Assembly (NCBI RefSeq): GCF_006345805.1
Contig: NW_021827294.1
Location: 1 to 11,072 of the forward strand
Source of the DNA: Octopus sinensis
Lineage: Eukaryota
Direction: 5' to 3'
DNA length: 11,072 nt
Shown here piece by piece: positions 1 through 7,099 of the stretch; the stretch's first letter is position 1, and every line of letters begins with the position of its first letter. The translations under genes and the position numbers were made by a program. The notes under the pieces are model-generated. The model was not told where the DNA came from. It saw nothing but the letters and a program-made list of their open reading frames with translations, and made no database searches.

Positions 1-77
1 TTTTGGCTATAACTCTCTAAAAATGCTTATATAGTTATTTCCCTTACAACCCGAGCAACGCCGGGCGATATTGCTAG
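1..77 (+). mobile_element. 3' end of a non-autonomous Helitron (runs off the left edge of the window)
   Basis: GC hairpin CCCGAGCAACGCCGGG (50-65), followed 8 nt later by CTAG (74-77), is the canonical Helitron 3' terminus. The last 30 nt match 441-470 with 2 mismatches. Confidence 0.75.
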
Positions 78-469
78 TCTCTATATAATAAAGCTGAAGT
101 TGTCTGTGTATGGCTGGTTTGGTAGCCTTCAACTAACACTATCTCCTCCGAGACCCTGCGGCGCATGTTGACCAAAATTGAGAGTATGATAGAAGAAGGC
201 TTGCTCTTCATTCCGTAGAAGAAAAAATTCAAATCGGACCAGGTTAACACCAAAAATTACTTACATAAAAAAGGTGCTTTTTTTTTCTAAGAAAATCCCT
301 TTTTTTAACGATGTTTTGACTGCTGTGTCACCATTTTTCGGTGTATTTCAACCAGAAAAATGTTCACTTAAAGGGAATAACAAGCTCCATAATGCAAACA
401 TTTTTACTTTTCAAAAATTTCAGTTCTAAAGGTCGAAACAAACCCGAGCAACGCCGGGTGATACTGCTA

Positions 470-470
<1 letters not shown>
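78..470 (+). mobile_element. Complete non-autonomous Helitron (~393 bp)
   Basis: Starts with 5'-TC (TCTCTATATAATAAAG at 78). Ends with hairpin CCCGAGCAACGCCGGG (443-458) and CTAG (467-470), followed by T. No TIRs and no TSD, as expected for Helitrons. Confidence 0.8.

Positions 471-532
<62 letters not shown>
471..532. repeat. (TA)n microsatellite
   Basis: Perfect TA run of about 31 units directly after the Helitron CTAG. Confidence 0.97.
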
Positions 533-534
<2 letters not shown>

Positions 535-839
535 GATAATGGAATGTATTAAGATATACAAAAATGCGAGTTTATTTTTAAATACAGATGTTTACATATT
601 GTAATTGAATTATCTGAGAACTTGGAATTATTTTTCCAGTGTTTATATTGAAATCTCGCTCCTTGCCTTTCAAAGTTTACCAAATACAATAACATAAACA
701 CACATTCATATGGGTATACATATAAATGTGTGTGTGTGTGTCCGTCCAACATTATACAGTGTTCAGGTTAAATTTGAAAGTTTGTATAAAGAAAAAAAGA
801 AAAAAAATCCTATCTCACTTCTGACAAGAATTTCTTAGA

Positions 840-1206
840 GGCGTAGGCGTGGTTGTGTGGTAAGAAACTTGCTTCCCAACCACATGGTTCCGAGTTCAGT
901 CCCACTGCATGGCACCTTGGGCAAGTGTCTTCTACTAAAGCTTCAGGCCGACCAAAGCCTTGTGAGTGGATTTGGTAGACGGAAACTGAAAGAAGTCCGT
1001 CGTATAAATATATGTATATGTTTGTGTGTCTGTTTGTCTTCACCCCACCCCCACATCGCTTGACAACCGATGTTGGTGTGTTTATGTCATGGTAACTTAG
1101 CGGTTCGGTAGAATAAGTAATAGGCTTACAAAGAATAAGTCCTTGTTCGACTAAAGGCTGTGCTCCAGCATGGCCGCAGTCAAATGACTGAAACATGTAA
1201 AAAAGT
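840..1206 (+). mobile_element. tRNA-derived SINE, copy 1 (octopus OK/OR-type family)
   Basis: A-box-like TGGTTGTGTGG (850-860), B-box-like GAGTTCAGTCC (892-902), central CCTTGGGCAAGTG, internal TA/TG microsatellite, and 3' stem-loop CAGTCAAATGACTG (1177-1190) with an A-rich tail. Colinear with the copies at 3249, 6061 and 10935, but carries two small deletions in its 3' third. Confidence 0.9.
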
Positions 1207-1263
1207 ATCCAAAAATAAAAGTATTTTTAAAAATCAACAAGATTACGGCTGAGAGGTAACAGT

Positions 1264-1846
1264 TTACTTAAAGTAGCCGCCTTCAGCTTCCACCACGATC
1301 CCAAGATGGCCATGTGAGCTGGCGCATGAGTTGTTCCTCACTGTGAAGATCTTCAAACACCTCCTTGATCTTGGCCACCAACTCGACCCAAGGGGTTACA
1401 ATCGCAGGGAATTAGGAAACCAGAAATTGGGGCTGATAGCGTAAAAAATTCTCCGACATTCACTTCTGACTCTTCCAGAGGTACGGCAAAGAACTGAATC
1501 CTGCTGCCACACATATAGCCACCCAGCAGCAACCCTCACCAGCCAGTTATGTGACCATAGTCTCCAGCGGGTTTGCATAGCCGTCTGAACTGAGCCTACG
1601 ACTATATTCATCAACTGTTGGACTAATCCCGGCGTGCGAACATAGTCAGCACGCCTGCTGTGTCCTTTCTTGCTGGCCATGGCTTTGTAGTCTCCGTTGC
1701 AGCTGTCCATGTCACGTCTTACAGAGTTTACAGTGTTCACAGAAGATTGAGTAGTAGTTCATGATGTTGACATTTTGATATCCGGCGCGAATCATCATGA
1801 TATACGAAACTATTTTCCAATATTCAAATGGCTTCCAGTCCTCCAT
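1264..1846 (-). pseudogene. maT/Tc1-mariner transposase pseudogene with frameshifts and two internal deletions
   Basis: N-terminus MEDWKPFEYWK..MMIRAG..RRDMDSCNGDY..SRRADYVRTP (ATG 1846). Catalytic-region remnant VAAGWLYVWQQDS..SPNFWFPNS-(frameshift)-DCNPL. C-terminus ELVAKIKEVFEDL..VVEAEGGYFK* (stop 1264). Only 583 bp against ~1 kb for an intact gene. The first and third catalytic Asp regions are deleted, so DD37D spacing is inferred, not observed. Confidence 0.8.
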
Positions 1847-1976
1847 GTCAGCTAACTAGTTGTCCAACTACAATTTAGTCTTTATGCTCTCCAACACCAT
1901 TGACTGTTCACCAATATATTATGCTGTCCCTGGAAAATGGAGACATAAAATATCGTCAAATTTAAACCGAACACCA

Positions 1977-2074
1977 TGCATGAATGTATGTATGTATGTA
2001 TGTAAGCATGCATGAATGTATGTAAGCATGCATGAATGTATGTATGTATGTATGTATGTATGTATGTATGTATG

Positions 2075-2105
<31 letters not shown>

Positions 2106-2312
2106 GCATGCATGAATGTATGTATGTATGTATGTATGATGTATGTGTGTGTATGCATGTATGTATGTATGTATGTATGTATGATGTATGTATGTAAGCA
2201 TGCATGAATGTATGTATGTATGTATGTATGATGTATGTGTGTGTGTGTGTTTATGCATGTATGCATGTATGTATGCATGGATGGATGGATGGATGGATGG
2301 ATGGACGGACGG
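1977..2312. repeat. Compound tetranucleotide microsatellite (TGTA)n/(TGCA)/(TGGA)n/(CGGA)
   Basis: Read directly. It is the source of the HTYI/HPSI ORFs in the track. Confidence 0.95.
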
Positions 2313-2378
2313 AAAGAGAGTGAGCGTTAAAGAGAGGGCAATGATTAAGTTAGGACTATAATGAACAGAGACTTCAAA

Positions 2379-2420
2379 TATACACACACACACACTCACA
2401 CATACACACATATATATATA
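2379..2420. repeat. (CA)n/(TA)n microsatellite
   Basis: Read directly; abuts the left TA of the MITE. Confidence 0.9.
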
Positions 2421-2422
2421 TA

Positions 2423-2943
2423 CCGTAAATCCTCGAGTATAGTCCGCCCTTGAGTATAATACGCATGGCATTTTTAGGGGGCTGTACCTCTGAAAAACCT
2501 AAACCTTGTGTATAATACGTACCCCTTCTCTAACTTGAGGCAAGGAGGTCTATATAACGTCCTTGGTTTGTAAAAATGTATACGGTAACGTCCTTTATTA
2601 TTATTGTACATATAACGTAATGCAAACATGTAGCTTTTTTGTGCATTTTGTTTGCAGAAAATAAAGAAATAACAGTAATAACAATAATAACGTTAAATAA
2701 ATGTTGCTTACTGCAAGTTATGAATGATTCTTTTATGACTTCATTGCTTTCAGGCTTAGCTTAGGGTATTTTCGCGTCCGACATCACAAAATACATCTGA
2801 ATAAACATTGCCGGACAGCAAATAGAGACTCGGACATTGTTTAGAAAATATTTTTCCTTTTTCACCGCGTATATAGTACGCACTAGGGATTTCGACATTT
2901 AAATTTTGGGAAAAACATGCGGATTATACTCGAGGATTTACAG
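2423..2943. mobile_element. pogo/Tigger-like MITE (521 bp)
   Basis: 25-bp TIRs: CCGTAAATCCTCGAGTATAGTCCGC (2423-2447) versus the reverse complement of 2919-2943, CTGTAAATCCTCGAGTATAATCCGC (23/25). TA TSD at 2421-2422 and 2944-2945. No coding capacity. The pogo assignment rests on the C(C/A)GTA terminus plus TA TSD. Confidence 0.85.
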
Positions 2944-2945
2944 TA

Positions 2946-3013
2946 TACACACACACACTACAAATCACGTACGCGCTCAACACACACACATTCACACTCG
3001 CGCGCACACACAC
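2946..3013. repeat. Degenerate (CA)n/(CG) microsatellite
   Basis: Read directly. Confidence 0.8.
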
Positions 3014-3047
3014 AGGAATTAATTGACAGAGACTGTTCTATAGAATT

Positions 3048-3098
3048 CGTTCCGAGATCCAGTCCTGCCGAGATCAAGTTTCCCTTTCATCTTTTCGG
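3048..3098 (+). mobile_element. Fragment of a second SINE family (degenerate B-box plus Nin/Deu-like core)
   Basis: CGTTCCGAGATCCAGTCCTGCCGAGATCAAGTTTCCCTTTCATCTTTTCGG. The TTT(C/G)CCT(T/A)TCATCTTTTCGG motif recurs in reverse orientation at 9989-10008. The domain name is recalled, not searched. Confidence 0.5.
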
Positions 3099-3248
3099 AT
3101 GCATGAATGGTCCGGTGTCCGTCTTCTTCATAAAAATCTTGCTCAGGTATTGTTATACATGTGCAAATATAGCCCCCATCGATCAGTGTAGACCATGGTG
3201 GATGTGTGTGTGTGTGTGAATGCAGGTATGAGATATATATATATATAA

Positions 3249-3417
3249 GGTGTAGGAGTGGCTGTGTGGTAAGCAGCTTGCTTACGAACCACATGGTTCT
3301 GGGTTCAGTTCCACTGCGTGGCACCTTGGGCAAGTGTCTTCTACCATAGCCTTAGGCCTGCCAAAGCCTTGTTAGTGGATTTTGGTAGGCGGAAATTGAA
3401 ATAAGCCCGTCGTATAT

Positions 3418-3462
<45 letters not shown>

Positions 3463-3679
3463 TGTGTATGTTTGTGTACCTGTGTTTGTCCCCCCAACAT
3501 CGCTTGACAACTGATGCTGGCGTGTTTACGTCCCCGTAACTTAGCGGTTCGGCAAAAGGGACCAGTAGAATAAGTACTAGGCTTCCAAAGAATAAGTCCT
3601 GGGGTCGATTTGCTTGACTAAAGGCGGTGCTCCAACATGGCCACAGTCAAATGACTGAAACAAGTAAAGGAGTAAAAGA
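3249..3679 (+). mobile_element. tRNA-derived SINE, copy 2 (most complete)
   Basis: TGGCTGTGTGG A-box, GGGTTCAGTTCC B-box, CCTTGGGCAAGTG core, expanded internal (TG)n at ~3413-3482, 3' stem-loop at 3644-3657, tail GTAAAGGAGTAAAAGA, then (TA)n to ~3711. Confidence 0.92.
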
Positions 3680-4790
3680 TATACATATATATATATATAT
3701 ATTATATATATATGACTTGATTTTCATTGTATTTACCCTCAAGACATATACCGACTTACGCACTTTTAAACATTTAGAAATACATTTTACAGCTAATTTT
3801 CCGTAATATCCTGGATAGTTAGTGCTGCTTGTTATATTCATCTATTATAGAACAAGCTTTATTGAGAATATTCGACAATCTTTACAAGTCTATAAAATGC
3901 AGCTGAAATAATTAGTCTTTTTTATTTATTTATTTTTTTTTTTAATTAACAAGTTATCTACTCAACGAACTTTAGTTGAATAAACAGTTAACAGCCTTTA
4001 TATGTCTCCATAAAATAAGGTTTAATGTAATATCATTTTTTTAATTGAAATATTAAGTTAGATATATGGCAAGATTTAATTGAATACTCTTCACGTGCAC
4101 CGATAAAATATAGTTTAAGTAATTACTAATTATTATTTTATTAATTAACAAACAAATATAAGTGATTACTGATTTGAAAATAAAACAAAAATATTGTTTA
4201 CGGATTAATTAAGTTTAAGATTCATTAATTATGCAACGTCTTTCTCATGTTCTCTCTTTACGTAGTTATATATAACAATACATGGTTTCGAGTAATCTGG
4301 TGGTACCCATAAAAAAAGCTCCTTAATGTATCATTCTACAAAACATATAGAATATATAGTACTACACAAGAGAAAATGATAAGGAGTGTATAAAATCATA
4401 AATGACAAAGAAATAGTTTGATGAAATTTTAATGAAAATTCTAATAATTGTATCGTAACTTTAAAACATGTAAATAATTTATATTATTATATTGAACAAT
4501 AATATATGCCTGAATTAATGAAAAATGCAAAAAAAAAACCTTCAAAATAATGCGGAATTTAAGCTACATCCTCGGATGAGAACGTAATGTATTGAAAATG
4601 TCCACCCCTAAAATTCTTTTTGCTTCGGCTGTCTCCTACGGTTATACTTCCTTATAAGCTACAAAAAATGTTCCCCAAAATCTGAGATTCTATTTAAAAA
4701 GTAAAAATTAAGATTCCTATTATTGTTGCTGCCTCTCCCATCCTGCACACAGTCATCCTTCGCTCCTAGGTGAATGACAGAATGCAAATA

Positions 4791-6056
4791 TATTGGGTCA
4801 ACCCATAAAAAATGCGTTTTTTTATACTTTTATTTTTCAAAATTAAGATAAACAAATTTCTTTTTTAATCTAAAATATACTCTCCTTCATTTCCTATAAT
4901 ACTCTTCCATCTAGCTGGTAGACCTGCAAGGCCCCTCTTCCAAAATTTACTTGTCCATGACGAAAAATACTCCTCCACTACTGTTCTGACCTCGTCTACA
5001 GAATTCATATTTTTTCCGTCCAAATGATTTTGAAGACTGTGAAATAAATGATAATCAGATGGAACAATGTCTGGCGAATGTGGTGGGTGGGACATCGTTT
5101 CTCATTCAGACTGCTCCAGCCTTTGGAATTTCATCCTCGCTGTATGTGTCCGTGCATTATCCTGATGGAAAACACCTATCGTTTTGAAACCAAAGACGGT
5201 CGTTTTTCTTCTAGTGCTGACATAAGCCGCTCAAGCTGCTCGCAGTAAATCTCCTTTGTTATCGTTTGGTTTGGGTTTAAAAGTTCAAAGTGGACTAAAC
5301 CTTTCATATCCCACCAAACAGATAACAACAACTTACGTAGAAGAAATTCTTTAAGCCTAGGGTGCCGGTGTTTCTCCTTTCTCTACCCGCTGTCATCAGC
5401 ACTCAACATTTTCATCGTCACCAGTCACTATTCGGTCCAAAAAAGGTTCATTCGTGAGGTATGACAGCAAAGAAGAGCACTTATACGCTCTCTGCGTGCA
5501 GTTAAACTCGGAAAGTTTGTGAGGAACCTATTAATCCAATGTGATGACTTTTCCGATGGCACGCAGGTGTCGATGAACGGGTGAATGACCAAATCCAAGC
5601 TTCTCTACTAGTTCCTCAACAGTTACGATGGGATTTTGTACCACTAAGCTTTGCAGGACGTCCTCGTCGAGCTGTACAGATCTTCCAGGACGAGGTTCAT
5701 CTTCCAAGCTGTAGTTTCTGACTTGGAATTTCTGGAACCACCACTGACACGGCTTATGTTTATTGTCCAATCCCTATATACTGCATTAATATTCCTCGCA
5801 CTTTCCGTTGCGTTGTTGCCTTTAATGAACACATAAAGCAAAATATGCTGAATATGCTCCTTTGTCATTTCCATTATAGTTTTGAAAAAAGAACTGTTAA
5901 AATCGAACTGCACTCTTCAAAACTTGCACTAAGAATACGACCAGTAAAATTAATACTACTTTTATAGCAAGTTGATACAGATAGTTTATTCCGGCCTCAT
6001 CCTACTTTTAGTTCATGCAATTGAAAAAGCCGCATTATCTATGGAATGACCCATTA
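4791..6056 (-). mobile_element. Near full-length mariner (DD34D) DNA transposon
   Basis: 28-nt inverted termini including TA: TATATTGGGTCAACCCATAAAAAATGCG (4789-4816) versus the reverse complement of 6031-6058, TATAATGGGTCATTCCATAGATAATGCG (23/28). Length ~1.27 kb is typical of mariners. The exact TA/TSD boundary is ambiguous by 2 nt. Confidence 0.92.
4865..5874 (-). pseudogene. mariner transposase pseudogene
   Basis: MEMTKEHIQHILLY.. (ATG 5874), WWFQKF..SLEDEPRPGR (HTH region), D**VPHKL (WVPH motif with stops), RIVTGD (D1), HQDNARTH (D2), SPDIVPSDYHLF (D3; I count 34 residues between D2 and D3), C-terminus GNEGEYILD* (4865). Multiple stops and frameshifts, plus a small deletion after VTGD. 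Confidence 0.92.
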
Positions 6057-6060
6057 TATA

Positions 6061-6400
6061 TTCCGGGTTCAGTCCCACTGCGTAGCATCTTGGGCAAGTG
6101 TCTTCTACTATAGCCGGGCCGACCAATGCCTTGTGAGTGGATTTGGTAGACGGAAACTGAAAGAAGCCTGTCGTATATATATTATATATATATATGGGTG
6201 TGTATATGTTTGTGTGTCTGTGTTTGTCCCCCTAGCATTGCTTGTGTGTTACGTCCCCGTTACTTAGCGGTTCGGCAAATCAGACCGATAGAATAGTACT
6301 GGGCTTACAAAGAATAAGTCCCGGGTCGATTTGCTCGACTAAAGCGGTGCTCCAGCATGGCCGCAGTCAAATGACTGAAACAAGTAAAAGAGTATAAGAG

Positions 6401-6402
<2 letters not shown>
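6061..6402 (+). mobile_element. tRNA-derived SINE, copy 3 (lacks the first ~48 nt including the A-box)
   Basis: Begins at TTCCGGGTTCAGTCCC (equivalent to position 888 of copy 1). Core, 3' stem-loop (6364-6377) and tail GTAAAAGAGTATAAGAG are present. Confidence 0.9.
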
Positions 6403-6434
<32 letters not shown>

Positions 6435-6463
6435 ATATATTATATATGTATATATATATATAT

Positions 6464-6497
<34 letters not shown>
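6403..6497. repeat. Interrupted (TA)n microsatellite
   Basis: Read directly. Confidence 0.95.
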
Positions 6498-6500
<3 letters not shown>

Positions 6501-6757
6501 TAACATAGACAGCGGCATGCAATGTTTTACCAAAAAGGAAAACAATAATGTAGGTGTTTCTAGTCACTAAATATGATTAGAAACACCCTACATTGCTAGA
6601 AATAAGGGCAAAAATGCTTTAATGCTGTAGTCAAAGCACATAATTGTATACATAAATACTCGCAGGGCCTATAATCGCCGAAATTGTCATCAATATAAGG
6701 AATTCTCGATTGGTGACAATTTTTGGTAATCATTACATACCGCTGTCTATGTTAATT
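6498..6757. mobile_element. Foldback/MITE-like element (~260 bp) with nested hairpins, superfamily unassigned
   Basis: Perfect 18-bp terminal inverted repeat AATTAACATAGACAGCGG (6498-6515) / CCGCTGTCTATGTTAATT (6740-6757), extending imperfectly to ~40 bp. Internal inverted repeats at 6547-6562/6578-6593 (16/16) and 6681-6694/6709-6722 (13/14). Confidence 0.65.
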
Positions 6758-6844
6758 CGCTAAATAATCCATAAATTCTTATACTGAAAGCATATATACT
6801 GATAGAGAATTAAGTCCGGAATCTGCCGAAGTCGAGCTAGTCCT

Positions 6845-6883
6845 TACTGATGAAGCAACGGAAATTACCGAAACTGACGTCAG

Positions 6884-6887
<4 letters not shown>
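6845..6887 (+). ncRNA. Degenerate type-I minimal hammerhead ribozyme (Penelope-like/retrozyme-type relic)
   Basis: Core CUGAUGA (6847-6853), imperfect helix II with GGAA loop (6854-6869), GAAA (6870-6873), palindromic helix III ACUG-ACGU-CAGU (6873-6884), GUA cleavage triplet (6883-6885). Helix I has only 2 bp before the (TA)n run. Confidence 0.55.

Positions 6888-6912
<25 letters not shown>
6884..6912. repeat. (TA)n microsatellite
   Basis: Read directly. Confidence 0.95.
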
Positions 6913-6914
<2 letters not shown>

Positions 6915-7099
6915 AAGAGTGATGGCTTTACGAGCATGACCAACTGAGACTATAGATATAAATACAATGTCTGTTTTACTACAAATAGATCATTTAGACA
7001 GAGTTTTTAAGCTGCTGTTATTCGCATTTTCCCTCTTTTCTGCTCAAATTTCCACACGATTGAACGGGCTGCGCCAGAAGAGTTTAATAATAAAAATAA

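Larger units (their letters stand above)
757..1978 (-). mobile_element. Internally deleted Tc1/mariner element, maT (DD37D)-like, with a SINE nested inside
   Basis: Inverted termini: GTGTTCAGGTTAAATTTGA (759-777) versus the reverse complement of 1956-1974, GTGTTCGGTTTAAATTTGA (17/19). TA precedes the left end (755-756) and CA follows the right end (decayed TA). Transposase remnants lie on the minus strand. Confidence 0.7.

Noticed and set aside
341-604. ORFs rich in YIYI, and similar HTYI, CVCV and LSIY ORFs at 1882-2471, 6367-6567 and 9972-10415
   Set aside because: They are translations of microsatellites that lack stop codons; no coding evidence.
810-1196. ORFs overlapping SINE copies (also 857-1063, 3019-3333, 6046-6267)
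   Set aside because: They fall in a non-coding tRNA-SINE and the frames are not conserved between copies.
4305-4316. ACCCATAAAAAA matching part of the mariner TIR
   Set aside because: Only 12 nt and A-rich, with no partner end; likely chance.
3712-4788. About 1 kb of very AT-rich unassigned sequence
   Set aside because: No repeats, long stems, ORFs or convincing splice pairs found by eye; treated as ordinary non-coding DNA.
5371-5399. Second CUGAUGA...GAAA on the minus strand
   Set aside because: It lies within the mariner transposase remnant and has no helix II or III pairing; chance match.
6875-6882. Perfect CRE site TGACGTCA
   Set aside because: Better explained as hammerhead helix III; a lone 8-mer with no promoter context is not supportable.
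6768-6890. Acidic stop-free frame (..DRELSPESAEVELVLTDEATEITETDVS)
   Set aside because: No ATG or convincing splice sites, it runs into (TA)n, and it overlaps the ribozyme motif.
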